Both the position numbers and the translations under genes were made by a program. Positions 1 to 15,759 of a stretch of 64,000 bases of DNA are shown one piece after another. Positions within the stretch are counted from its first letter, which is position 1, and every line of letters begins with the position of its first letter. Source of the stretch: Eledone cirrhosa (taxonomy: Eukaryota); assembly GCA_964016885.1 (NCBI GenBank), contig OZ024757.1, positions 36,332,001 to 36,396,000 of the forward strand, read 5' to 3'. Below the pieces are notes generated by a model. It saw nothing but the letters and a program-made list of their open reading frames with translations, was not told the origin of the DNA and did not search any database.

Positions 1-1370
1 ACTGTTGTAAATTCATGCTTCTAACAAATACTTTTCAACTGATGGTGTAAGGGATGCACTGAAAGAATCAGTTCAATTTATGGAGCCAGTTCTTGTGGAT
101 GGCCATCTCTGTTGAAATTGAGTTGGGAGGTGGTGTGGGGACTTAGGACACCAGATGGTTCCACCACTACAGTCAACACTGTCCTGACAGTAGGGAGGTT
201 GTCTGGGATCCCAACACCAGATGGTTCCATCACTGTACCCAACACTGTCCTCAGAGTAGTAAATAGGGAGCTGGACTGGGGAACCAGGACACCAGATGTT
301 TTCACTGCTATAGGTTTGGCAGTAGCCCTTTTGGAAGTGGCCAGTGCTTTGGCAGGTTGGGATTTTCAGTTTGTCAGGCAATTAAATCTGGAGAGAATGT
401 TGCTGAGGGTCTTACAGTGCAGGACAGGAACATTGTGGTGCCCCCAGGCTTTTAACTTTCCCATTTGTCTAATCCTCTAATCCTGCTTGTTCCAGGAAAA
501 TTGTGGAGCTATCAGGCTTTTAACTTTCCCCCTAGTCTAATCTTGCTGGTTCCAGTTGTCTTCAGAGTTGCTAAAAAGAAATATTTTTACTTTTTTTTAA
601 AGCCTTTCACTATAGTCAAAAGAAAGCATTATTTTGGTTTTAGGTTTTTTTACTACAAATGAAACAAATTATTTTTTGTTAAATTATATTTTTATATTTG
701 ATGCAGGTCTTTTCTTTTTGTTACTTAGCCAGGAGGAAGGGCAGTACCCATCAGCCTGCTGAAGGGTCTCTGTTTGATAAGAGCAAGGAGGAATGTATCC
801 TCAAACTGGAGACTTGCAAGTGATTGGAGTCTGCTAAAGGGCATCTATGAGCCAAGTGTTGGTGTTGAACTGGACACCAGATTAAGTTTACCATCTTTGC
901 TCACTCATCTTTAGAAGTAATATTTGTGGTCATCCATATGCCATAGTTAATATCTGGATTATATATTAGGATAGTACATACAGTGTTGGTTGCCCTTGTT
1001 TAAACTAAATTTTACAGTCCATTTTACATTCTTAGCCTTCTCAAAACTATTTTGGAAGGTTTTAAATAGGGCCTGTTTAAAATGGTTGGCTTTGTTTCAT
1101 CCAGCCGTAGAAACCCTGCCAAAATGGAACATGAGCAAGGCATAGTCACCTGACCTGTCAAATCCCAGAATATGACAACCCATCCATGCCAGCATGGAAG
1201 ATGATGATGATGATGATGCTGGTAAGTTGATATGAAAAGGGTTGATTTATGTCTCATAGGAGATCCAAACAATCTGTTAAAGATTGTCGTAGCTTAAGAG
1301 TTCCACTAACTTATTTTATTTTCGAGCAGTGATGTTTGTCTGTCTGTTTGTCAGGTAAGACTGATTGACA

Positions 1371-1510
1371 ATGTATTCCGCACACCACCACAAAATGAAG
1401 AAACATCACAAGAAAGGCAGCAGCAGTAGTAGCAGCAGCAGTAGCAGCTCTGATGAAGAATTCAAGCACCTGCCAAAACATGAGCGCAAAATGCGGAAGA
1501 AAGCGAAAAA
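1371..1510 (+). CDS. First coding exon: MYSAHHHKMKKHHKKG-S11-DEEFKHLPKHERKMRKKAK (His/Lys-rich, poly-Ser/acidic, basic); ends in phase 2
   Basis: Acceptor tgtttgtcag ends at 1354; in-frame TGA at 1362-1364 precedes ATG 1371; Ser run uses mixed agc/agt/tct codons; donor gtaatt at 1511; phase 2 matches the exon at 14189. Too short for the ORF track. Confidence 0.75.
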
Positions 1511-1703
1511 AGTAATTATCAAATAGACTTAGTACTGAGAATTCCGAATTAATCATAAAACCATAACAATGACTATCATACTATCATACTAATTCCATAT
1601 AAGGAGAAAGAGACACAGAGAGAGAGAGTGAGAGACACTCACTTTGCTGAATCGATTTGTTGTCGTGTGGTAACGCTACCAGTGTTTTGGCTTCAGTATT
1701 GGA

Positions 1704-3886
1704 GGCTCTGGCACCCCCGTGTGGTATGTCAATCTGTGACACACTATAAGGCAGGCTCTGGCACCCCGTGTGGTATGTCAATCTGTGACACACTATAAGG
1801 CAGGCTCTGGCACCCCATGTATGTCAATCTGTGACACACTATAAGGCAGGCTCTGGCACCCCATGTGGTATGTCAATCTGTGACACACTATAAGGCAGGC
1901 TCTGGCACCCCCGTGTGGTATGTCAATCTGTGACACACTATAAGGCAGGCTCTGGCACCCCATGTGGTATGTCAATCTGTGACACACTATAAGGCAGGCT
2001 CTGGCACCCCATGTGGTATGTCAATCTGTGACACACTATAAGGCAGGCTCTGGCACCCCATGTGGTATGTCAATCTGTGACACTATCAGGCAGGCTCTGG
2101 CACCCCATGTGGTATGTCAATCTGTGACACACTATAAGGCAGGCTCTGGCACCCCATGTGATATGTCAATCTGTGGCACCCCATGTATGTCAATCTGTGA
2201 CACACTATAAGGCAGGCTCTGGCACCCCATGTGGTATGTCAATCTGTGACACACTATAAGGCAGGCTCTGGCACCCCATGTATGTCAATTTGTGACACTA
2301 TAAGGCAGGCTCTGGCACCCCATGTGATATGTCAATCTGTGACACACTATAAGGCAGGCTCTGGCATCCCATGTGGTATGTCAATCTGTGACACACTATA
2401 AGGCAGGCTCTGGCACCCCGTGTGGTATGTCAATCTGTGACACTATCAGGCAGGCTCTGGCACCCCATGTGGTATGTCAATCTGTGACACTATCAGGCAG
2501 GCTCTGGCACCCCATGTGGTATGTCAATCTGTGACACACTATAAGGCAGGCTCTGGCACCCCGTGTGGTATGTCAATCTGTGACGCACTATAAGGCAGGC
2601 TCTGGCACCCCATGTGGTATGTCAATCTGTGACACTATCAGGCAGGCTCTGGCACCCCATGTGGTATGTCAATCTGTGACACACTATAAGGCAGGCTCTG
2701 GCACCCCGTGTGGTATGTCAATCTGTGACGCACTATAAGGCAGGCTCTGGCACCCCATGTGGTATGTCAATCTGTGACACACTATAAGGCAGGCTCTGGC
2801 ACCCCGTGTGGTATGTCAATCTGTGACGCACTATAAGGCAGGCTCTGGCATCCCATGTGGTATGTCAATCTGTGACACACTATAAGGCAGGCTCTGGCAC
2901 CCCGTGTGGTATGTCAATCTGTGACGCACTATAAGGCAGGCTCTGGCACCCCATGTGGTATGTCAATCTGTGACGCACTATAAGGCAGGCTCTGGCACCC
3001 CATGTGGTATGTCAATCTGTGACGCACTATAAGGCAGGCTCTGGCACCCCATGTGGTATGTCAATCTGTGACACACTATAAGGCAGACTCTGGCACCCCG
3101 TGTGGTATGTCAATCTATGACACTATAAGGCATGCTCTGGCACCCCATGTGGTATGTCAATCTGTGACTATCAGGCAGGCTCTGGCACCCCATGTGGTAT
3201 GTCAATCTGTGACACACTATAAGGCAGGCTCTGGCACCCCGTGTGGTATGTCAATCTGTGACGCACTATAAGGCAGGCTCTGGCACCCCATGTGGTATGT
3301 CAATCTGTGACGCACTATAAGGCAGGCTCTGGCACCCCATGTGGTATGTCAATCTGTGACGCACTATAAGGCAGGCTCTGGCACCCCATGTGGTATGTCA
3401 ATCTGTGACACACTATAAGGCAGACTCTGGCACCCCGTGTGGTATGTCAATCTATGACACTATAAGGCATGCTCTGGCACCCCATGTGGTATGTCAATCT
3501 GTGACTATCAGGCAGGCTCTGGCACCCCATGTGGTATGTCAATCTGTGACGCACTATAAGGCAGGCTCTGGCACCCCATGTGATATGTCAATCTGTGGCA
3601 CCCCATGTATGTCAATCTGTGACACACTATAAGGCAGGCTCTGGCACCCCATGTGGTATGTCAATCTGTGACACACTATAAGGCAGGCTCTGGCACCCCA
3701 TGTATGTCAATTTGTGACACTATAAGGCAGGCTCTGGCACCCCATGTGGTATGTCAATCTGTGACACACTATAAGGCAGGCTCTGGCATCCCATGTGGTA
3801 TGTCAATCTGTGACACACTATAAGGCAGGCTCTGGCACCCCATGTATGTCAATTTGTGACACTATAAGGCAGGCTCTGGCACCCCT
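1704..3886. repeat. 49-bp tandem satellite, roughly 45 units (ggcaggctctggcaccccatgtggtatgtcaatctgtgacacactataa)
   Basis: Period of 49 read directly (aaggcagg at 1991 and 2040); small indel variants; higher-order block repeated at 3053 and 3390. Confidence 0.97.
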
Positions 3887-4032
3887 CATGGTGTGTCACA
3901 GATTGACCAACTCAACGTTTTATCACCACTGATACAATGGATAGATACAATTGCTGTCATGGAGTGCTGACATTGGTTTATCGAGATGTCACAACATAAC
4001 TCTTATGAATGAAACACTCTAATTAGCAACTA

Positions 4033-5646
4033 CAGTGGCGGACATGGAAGTAAGAACACTTTTTATTTTGCATGTAACTTTTTATTTTGCATGTAACTTT
4101 TTAGTTATTTTGTTTCTGTAACTTTGCAATATGCCAAAAGAAGGAGAAATAATTTCTCTATTGCTATCTCTGTTATTAAGCCAATTAGTAAAGCGAACCA
4201 GTTTTTATGGCTCATTAACGCAATTATAGCAAGATTTTGGCGGACGTGGAAGTAAGAACACTTTGCATTTCCTATGTTTACTTTCTTCATAGCTACTCTA
4301 GCAAATTTTAGATTTGTATAATAAAATATGATGTTATATATGACATTTTTCTTTTTTCCAGCATTTTATTATTATGGGGAGAAAAAGAGATTTGAGTCCT
4401 ACTAAACGGGCACGGATCGTCGAGTTGAGAAAGTTGAATTTTTCCTTCCGCGTGATTTCTAAGATGACAACATGCAGCTCCACTGCTTGTATTCAAGCCT
4501 GGCGCACTTGGGAACGTACAGGATCATACAAATCGAAGCCAAAACCAGGACCAAGTCGAAAAACGGATGATCGCCAGGATAGAGCGATTGGCCGGTTATC
4601 AGAAAATGACCGAAAAAAGACTGCTGTCGAGATCTGCTCCGAAGTGAACACTTCCCACAACTCGGATATCTCAGTCAGAACTGTCCGTCGTCGTCTGCGC
4701 GAAATCCGACTCAATGGTCGCATCGCCAGACGTGTTCCGCTCATCTCACTCGCCAACCGTCGCAAACGACTTGCATTCGCATACAAATATCTCGCATGGA
4801 CACCCGCTGATTGGCGCAAAGTCCTATTTTCAGATGAAAGTCTATTCACCATGGTCGGATCAGATGGCAAGACTTATGTCAGAAGGAGAACACACGAGGA
4901 ATTCGATGATCGGTGTTCTCAAAAAACGGTGAAACATGGTGGAAAATCGATCATGTTCTGGGGTGCATTTTCGGCTATGGGCACCGGTCTCCTTGTTCCC
5001 ATTTCCGGCAGTATGAACCAGAACACTTATGTCAAGATCCTGGAAGACCATTTGGAGCCCTATGTTGATGAAAATATGCCTTTAAATTGGCAATTTGTGC
5101 AAGACAATGCCCCGTGTCATTCTGCAAAGTCGGTTAAGCAATTTTTTCATGAGAAAAAATGGAAGGTCATCGATTGGCCTCCTCAATCGCCAGACTTAAA
5201 TTGTATAGTAAACCTGTGGCATTTAATAAAGCGCGAAATTCGACATCAAAACCCAAAAAACTTTCACGATCTGATGGCCACCATCAACCTGACATGGAAC
5301 AACTTCAGTTTGGACCAATGCATGAAATTAGTGGAAAGTATGCCTAGAAGATGTACTGCCGTGATCAAACAGAAAGGATATGCCACCAAATATTGATTTC
5401 GACCATAATTCGAGCATTAAATGAAATAAAATAAAAGTGTTCTTACTTCCATGTCCGCCAAAATGTGGCTATAATTGCGTTAACGAGTCATAAGAACTGG
5501 CCTATTTGACTAATTGGCTTAATAACAGAGATAGCGATAGAGAAATTATTTCTCTTTCTTTAGGTATATTGCAAAGTTGCAGAAACGAAATATCAAAAAA
5601 GTTACATGCAAAATAAAAAGTGTTCTTACTTCCATGTCCGCCACTG
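4033..5646 (+). mobile_element. Full-length Tc1-family DNA transposon with long IR/DR-type TIRs (4033-4264 and 5434-5646) and TA target duplication
   Basis: TA-cagtggcggacatggaagtaagaacacttt ... aaagtgttcttacttccatgtccgccactg-TA; each TIR carries an outer and an inner copy of the ~26-bp motif. Confidence 0.97.
4374..5396 (+). CDS. Tc1 transposase, 340 aa, uninterrupted ORF; catalytic triad reads D-D34-V rather than DD34E
   Basis: Paired-like HTH N-terminus, VLFSDES, TVKHGG, QDNAPCH, WPPQSPDLNCIVNLW, GYATKY end. Confidence 0.93.
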   Translation: MGRKRDLSPTKRARIVELRKLNFSFRVISKMTTCSSTACIQAWRTWERTGSYKSKPKPGPSRKTDDRQDRAIGRLSENDRKKTAVEICSEVNTSHNSDISVRTVRRRLREIRLNGRIARRVPLISLANRRKRLAFAYKYLAWTPADWRKVLFSDESLFTMVGSDGKTYVRRRTHEEFDDRCSQKTVKHGGKSIMFWGAFSAMGTGLLVPISGSMNQNTYVKILEDHLEPYVDENMPLNWQFVQDNAPCHSAKSVKQFFHEKKWKVIDWPPQSPDLNCIVNLWHLIKREIRHQNPKNFHDLMATINLTWNNFSLDQCMKLVESMPRRCTAVIKQKGYATKY

Positions 5647-5789
5647 TATATATATATAGTGAAATTCCGTTATAACAAAATTCACGGGGTATAAAAAAAA
5701 ATTTGTTGTAACAAAAAATTCTTTATAATGAGATTGACCTAACACATTCAGCGTGTGGCTGGGGATTGATTTTGTAAGATTTCTTATCT

Positions 5790-6760
5790 AAAAATGTGTG
5801 TTATACTTTGGGAGGGTCATGTTGCCAATAAAAATACACGCACCTATTGGTTTTCACTTCAATTTATCAATTTCCGGTTGCATGGTTGGTTTCATAAACG
5901 GAAGGTTGTTTATATATTGTCAAAGCTCTTTCGTCACACATTCTGTGACCTCCTCAGTGACTAGGTTTTTTATTTTGTGTCTCTCCTTTGTTCTGTCCTA
6001 CACTATCTTGTTCAAATAGAAGCCAACAAAATTGGACAAAGAGAAATCTGGAGGTGATGATCAAAGGATGGATTGCCGCCAACCAAAATAATTGCAGAGC
6101 CCTTGAAGAGCCATGGCTTTCTGAGGACTTGGGTGCAAATAGAGAGGAAAAGGAGAGAAATTGAGAGGGCCTATGTCCTCATAGTGCCACACATGTCCTT
6201 GCTAAACCGTGTTCTCAAGATGGAAGAAGACAGAAAAAAAAAGGAAGAAAATAAAAATATAAACACTAACCACAAAGGGTCTACGGAGACCAATAAGGAC
6301 TTGGAGATATCCACCACCACAGTCAAAGAATGCAGGCTGTGCAAACGACAGGTAAGCAGTAAAGGTGAGATGAGATATCAATATCCAAAGGAAAGTATCC
6401 AGGAAGAAAGGGACCAGTGGACAACTGTCCAAAGGATGAACAGAAAGTGCCGAGATACTGGGAGAAAGAAAACCCAGGTAACATGCAAGTTCAAGAATGG
6501 GACCTGGTGGCATGGAGAAACGGGGACAGGTTGTAGGTTCACTCACCCCTGGCCCCAAGTGAGCTACGCCCTGCCTACTCAGAAAAAATGCCCTAGCACA
6601 AACCAGAACTGATGCAAGCGGCCACAGAAGTATGCTGGTGCCACTCCAACAAAGAGAAGGCATGGATACATAGATGTAATACAGACGGCGGCAGCAGAGC
6701 AAAATAATTTTTTAGAAAAGGCAGAGAAAATTATGGGACAACTGACCAACCAGCACAGCA
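5790..6760 (+). mobile_element. 5' region and degenerate ORF1 (CCCH zinc-finger-like) of a probable non-LTR retrotransposon
   Basis: TCKF...G.GCRFTHP motif in ORF 6073..6612; segment 5790-6015 recurs inverted at ~28918-29138. Confidence 0.5.
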
Positions 6761-6761
6761 T

Positions 6762-7178
6762 CTCTCTACTGTGTCTTTCTTCTACTGGGATTTCTTCTTT
6801 ACCCAGCGGTCATCCTCCATGCGCATCACATGTCCATACCATCTCAGTCTTCTCACCTGCACACCACAACTTATACCCCTTATACCCAGTTTCTTTCTCA
6901 ACTCACCTATGCTTGGTCATTCACGCACATTGACATTGCACATCCAAAGGAGCATGCTTGCTTCATTTCTCTCCAGCCGTCACATATCCTCTGCAGTTGC
7001 TGCCCATATCTCACTACCATGCAACATCGCGCATCTCACATAGGCATCATATAACCATCCTTTCGTACGCAGGGAGAAACCCTTCTTAGTCAACAATGGA
7101 AGTAGCTCCCTAAACGTCTTACAACCGTCCTGTTTCTAGATACTTTGGCCTCGGAACCCCCACCACCTCCCACGCAAA
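6762..7178 (-). mobile_element. RTE-clade LINE ORF2 3' fragment
   Basis: Reverse complement matches the 16930-17340 part of the longer RTE copy (RLRWYGHVMRMEDDRWVK). Confidence 0.9.
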
Positions 7179-7214
7179 TATGTGTATGTATATATATATG
7201 TATATGTGTATATA

Positions 7215-7546
7215 TCATCATCATTTTACGTCTGCTTTTCCCTGCTTGCAAGGGTGGGACGAGAACTGATTCTGGCTTGATTTCTACAGCTGGATGCCCT
7301 TCCTAACACCAACTTCATTTACAATGAGTGCTGGGTGCTTTTTTGCCGTGGCACCTCCACGACCACTTTGCAGTGGAATGATATGGACCCCTGTCCCTAT
7401 CATCTCATTTCTACAGCTGAGTAAACTGGAGCAATGTGAAATAAAGTGTCTTGCTCAAGGAAACAACACATCACCCGGTCTGAGAATTGAACTCGCAACC
7501 TTTCGATTGCAAAGCCAATGCTCTAACCACTAAGCCATGTGCCTCC
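7215..7546 (-). mobile_element. tRNA-derived SINE (CORE-like body, (GAT)n tail)
   Basis: Head ggaggcacatggcttagtggttagagc...gagttcaattc with A/B boxes, cttgagcaagacactttatttcacattgctccag body; near-identical to 13211 and 24047 copies. Confidence 0.88.
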
Positions 7547-11346
<3,800 letters not shown>

Positions 11347-11495
11347 ATTATTTCTGAAGACGGCGTATATATGTGTTAGGTATGTATATTTAATCTTGAT
11401 AATTTGTATAATTTTGTATAATTTTGTACATAGATCTGTTGAATATGCATACCAATTATAACACATATATACCCTAGAAACGATCGTTAAATAGT
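11347..11495 (+). ncRNA. Type I hammerhead ribozyme motif with very long stem II
   Basis: Stem I attattt/aaatagt; CUGAAGA at 11354; stem II gtatatatgtgtta/taacacatatatac plus ggtatgtatatt/aatatgcatacc; GAAA-CGAUCG-UU with palindromic stem III; base of stem II has mismatches. Confidence 0.72.
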
Positions 11496-11682
11496 GAACT
11501 TTTTTTGCTTAATATAAGGAATTGTTTGTTCATTATTTGTTTAATATTTTATCTTGACTCTGTATACCGTTTATCTTTCACCGAAAGTGGATTTTCATTA
11601 CATCTCTTCTTTCCATGATATCCGGAATACATTGAGTTCTTCATACGGATTGGACACTACCGTAAACTCTTGGTAGATTTAT

Positions 11683-11705
11683 CTATATATGTATATATAT
11701 ATATG

Positions 11706-11752
<47 letters not shown>

Positions 11753-11813
11753 GTATATATATATGTATATATATATATATGTATATATATGTATATATAT
11801 ATATATGTATATG

Positions 11814-11844
<31 letters not shown>

Positions 11845-11847
11845 GTG

Positions 11848-11878
<31 letters not shown>

Positions 11879-11995
11879 GTATATATATGTATGTATATGT
11901 ATATATATGTATATATATATATGTATATATATGTATATATATATATATGTATGTATATGTATATATATGTATATATGTATATATGTATATATATG

Positions 11996-12026
<31 letters not shown>

Positions 12027-12165
12027 GTATATATGTATATATATATATATGTATATATATGTATATATATATATATGTATATATATGTATATATATATAT
12101 ATGTATATATATGTATATATATATATATGTATATATATGTATATATATATATATGTATATATATG

Positions 12166-12200
<35 letters not shown>

Positions 12201-12267
12201 GTATATATGTATATATATATATATATGTATATATGTATATATATATATATGTATGTATATATATATG

Positions 12268-12298
<31 letters not shown>

Positions 12299-12489
12299 GT
12301 GTATATATATGTATATGTATGTATATGTATATATATATATATGTATATATATGTATATATGTATATATATGTATATATGTATATATATGTATATATATGT
12401 ATATATATATATATATGTATATATATGTATATATATATATATGTATATATATGTATATATATATATATGTATATATATGTATGTATATG

Positions 12490-12524
<35 letters not shown>

Positions 12525-12555
12525 GTATATATGTATATATATATATGTATATATG

Positions 12556-12587
<32 letters not shown>

Positions 12588-12631
12588 TGTATATGTATAT
12601 ATGTATATATATATATGTATATATATATATG

Positions 12632-12727
<96 letters not shown>

Positions 12728-12760
12728 TATGTATATATATGTATGTATATATATATATGT

Positions 12761-12801
<41 letters not shown>

Positions 12802-12893
12802 TATGTATATATATATATGTATATATATATATGTATGTATATATATATATGTATATATATGTATATATATATATATGTATGTATATATATATG
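11683..12893. repeat. (AT)n/(ATATGT)n microsatellite, ~1.2 kb
   Basis: Read directly. Confidence 0.98.
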
Positions 12894-12988
12894 TGTTTTC
12901 TCTTTCTCTTAATTTCGAGTATATTTTTTTGACCGGCCACCCTCCTGGTGGCAAGGTTGTAAAAGAAAAGAAATTGTCATCCCTTGAA

Positions 12989-13188
12989 NNNNNNNNNNNN
13001 NNNNNNNNNNNNNNNNNNNNNNNNNNNNNNNNNNNNNNNNNNNNNNNNNNNNNNNNNNNNNNNNNNNNNNNNNNNNNNNNNNNNNNNNNNNNNNNNNNNN
13101 NNNNNNNNNNNNNNNNNNNNNNNNNNNNNNNNNNNNNNNNNNNNNNNNNNNNNNNNNNNNNNNNNNNNNNNNNNNNNNNNNNNNNNNN
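12989..13188. other. Assembly gap, 200 N
   Basis: Run of N; the round length suggests a placeholder of unknown true size. Confidence 1.
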
Positions 13189-13210
13189 TTCGTATATATA
13201 TATATATATA

Positions 13211-13600
13211 TGGAGGCACATGGCTTATTGGTTAGAGCATTGGCCTTGCAATCGAAAGGTTGTGAGTTCAATTCTTAGACCGGGCGATGTGTTGTTTCCT
13301 TGAGCAAGACACTTTATTTCACATTGCTCCAGTTTACTCAGCTGTAGAAATGAGATGATAGGGACTGGGGTCCCTATCATTCCACTGCAAAGTGGCCGTG
13401 GAGGTGCCATGGCAAAAAAAGTACCCAGCCCACACTGTAAAGTGGACGTGTAGGCGCCACAGAAAAACAAAGCACCCAGCACTCACTGTAAATGAGGTTG
13501 GTGTTAGGAAGGGCATCCAGCTGTAGGTATCAAGCCAGAATCAGTTCCCGTCCCACCCTTGCAAGCAGGGAAAAGCGGACATAAAATGATGATGATGATG
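13211..13600 (+). mobile_element. tRNA-derived SINE, same family as 7215-7546
   Basis: A/B-box head, CORE-like body, ggttggtgttaggaagggcatccagc segment, (GAT)n tail. Confidence 0.88.
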
Positions 13601-13974
13601 ATATATATAAATAATCTACATGATAAATGCACTCGGTACATGCTGTAAAGTGGTTGGTAATAGGAAGGACATCCAGCTATAGAAAGCTTGTCAAATGAAG
13701 GACATGACAACCTCTCCTGTGCATTCAGAACATGAGACCATACATCAGTGGGTCTGTTTCAGTACTGTCTTAATAGCAGAGAAAGCCCACTTTGAGATAA
13801 TGACGAGGAAAGTTTACTTTATGATTCCTGTTCAGGCTTTACCAAGGATTTTGCTTCATTTTCTCTCACTCACACTCCACCCAGTCACACTTAACATATC
13901 TAGAATTAAAGTTTTACTTTCACTCAAAGAACACTCACACTCAACATAGTTAGAATCAATAAAGTTTTACTTTC

Positions 13975-14160
13975 ACTCTCGTAGCTGCTCTCACTCTTGT
14001 AACCGCTCTCATTCTCATAACCGCTCTCACTCTCATAACCGCTCTCACTCTTGTAACCACTCTCACAACTGCTCTCACTCTCATAACTGCTCTCACTCTT
14101 GTAACTGCTCTCACTCTTGTAACCACTCTCATTCTCATAACTGCTCTCACCTCACAACTC
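13975..14160. repeat. 18-bp minisatellite (ctctcactcttgtaaccg-like), ~10 units, just upstream of the 14189 acceptor
   Basis: Read directly. Confidence 0.85.
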
Positions 14161-14188
14161 ATCCTGTTTCCTCTGTCTCTATTTCTAG

Positions 14189-14232
14189 CTGGAAGCTACG
14201 CCCTGGTCAACCAGCTTATGGAGCTAGTCAAG
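14189..14232 (+). CDS. 44-nt coding exon (N)WKLRPGQPAYGASQ(G), phase 2 to 1
   Basis: Polypyrimidine tract plus tttctag acceptor and ag/gtaatg donor; bridges the phase-2 end of the first exon to the phase-1 start of the GYPPQQ exon with no stop. Confidence 0.75.
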
Positions 14233-14990
14233 GTAATGAAAAACACTTATTATTTCCAAATCAAGAATTTAGAGGGATTTAGTAATATAACTTTCCCATT
14301 ATTTACTGTATGTACTTGAATATAAGCTAAGGAATATGTAACCCCCAAAAATCGATGGTGAAAGGAGGGGGGGGGGGTGACTTATATTCGGTCAATATTT
14401 TGATGATTTTCACCAACTACAAATTCTATGTAAACAAGGTTTGGATATTTGACCATTTCTCAGACATGAGATAGTGAGGTCAGCTTATATTTGAATATAT
14501 ATGGTAAGCTGGTTGGAACATAATTTAACAAAGGTTCTTACATAAAATTATGGTATGTATTTAGATAAAGTATACACACTTAAACCCTTTTATTACCATA
14601 TTTCTAATGAAAGAAACTTCCCATGATTTTCAAATCATTTTGAAAATAATCTTGAATTTTGATAACCTTTGATCTGAAGTGTTATTGCAATTACCCTCCA
14701 GCTTGTACCAGCTTCGATTGTGGCATTGTTCGACATAGGTTAGATGAGATTTTCTGATGCAGGTGTTTAATTGCCTGACATACTTTATTCTAAATCTCTT
14801 GTATTCTGCTGACATAAACAAATGTCACATGTTTTATAAATAGTGTTGATGTGAAGTATCACATTACATGTCGATACCAGTGCATCCTTCTCTCCTACAT
14901 GCCAATACCAGTGCATCCTTCTCTCTTACATGCCACATATAGCCAATTTAATCTTTCAGTTCATTCATACTTTGTTGTTGTATTTTGCAG

Positions 14991-15167
14991 GTTACCCACC
15001 CCAACAACAGCAACCAGGCTACCATCCCCAACAACCTGGTTACCCACCCCAACAACAAGCTGGCTACCCACCACAACAGTCATCTATGTATCCCTCACAA
15101 CAACAACCAGGTTATCCACCCCAACAACCTGGTTACCCACCGCAACAACCAGGCTACCCACCCTCTG
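14991..15167 (+). CDS. 177-nt exon of GYPPQQ(Q)P repeats (annexin A7/A11-like low-complexity region), phase 1-1
   Basis: ttttgcag acceptor, g/gtaagt donor, length divisible by 3, synonymous variation among repeats; lies inside ORF 14930..15193. Confidence 0.9.
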
Positions 15168-15759
15168 GTAAGTACATATTGAGATTCTCATAACAGTCTA
15201 TTGCTATTTCAAATCTAGTTTTCCATTTGTGTTGCATAAAAGCTCTGTAAATTTGTAGTGCTGGTACCACAACTAAATGCACCCAGTCCACTCTTGTAAG
15301 CTTGTAGCACCACTACCATGACAAAATTGACCCAGCCAGCCATGTAAGGTGGTAGTGTTGGTACCGTGAAAAAATCCGTCCTGCCCACACTGTAAAATGG
15401 TAGTGCTGGTACTATGACAAAAAGAATCCAGTCCATTCTGTAAGGTGGTAATGTTAGTGCCATCACAAAATGCACCCATTCCACTCTGTAACATGGAAAA
15501 TAGACGTTGAACGGTGATGATAACTTCACAGTATATTGCTAAATGTAATGATAGTGAGTGGCGTTCCATCTAAGGTGCATGACATTGCAGTTGCTGCATT
15601 AGTGTTGCACACATCAAAATGTTGCCATTCGTTAGCTCTGGAATGTTGCAATGTAGGAGTTTTGAATCTAAAATATTTTTGTTCCACTCAGTTACAAAAC
15701 AAAGTAATGTTTTACCCAGTATATTTCAAGGCTAATACCCTCTTTTCAAATATATATAA

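Noticed and set aside
1704-3886. CRISPR-like regular array
   Set aside because: Units are contiguous with no unique spacers, there are no cas genes, and the context is eukaryotic. The same applies to 59482-59917.
4345-4376. Acceptor-like tttttccag before the Tc1 ATG suggesting a host-transposase fusion
   Set aside because: Splicing from the phase-2 donor at 1510 puts the transposase out of frame.
13211-13285. tRNA-like sequence with A/B boxes
   Set aside because: It is the head of a multi-copy SINE, continuing into the SINE body and tail.
14189-14232. Possible 1-nt assembly deletion making a phase 1-1 exon GSYAPGQPAYG
   Set aside because: Unnecessary: the exon as assembled fits the phase-2 donor at 1510.
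14991-15167. Similarity to the cephalopod rhodopsin PPQGY tail
   Set aside because: No transmembrane exons found; composition-only resemblance, and the annexin context fits better.
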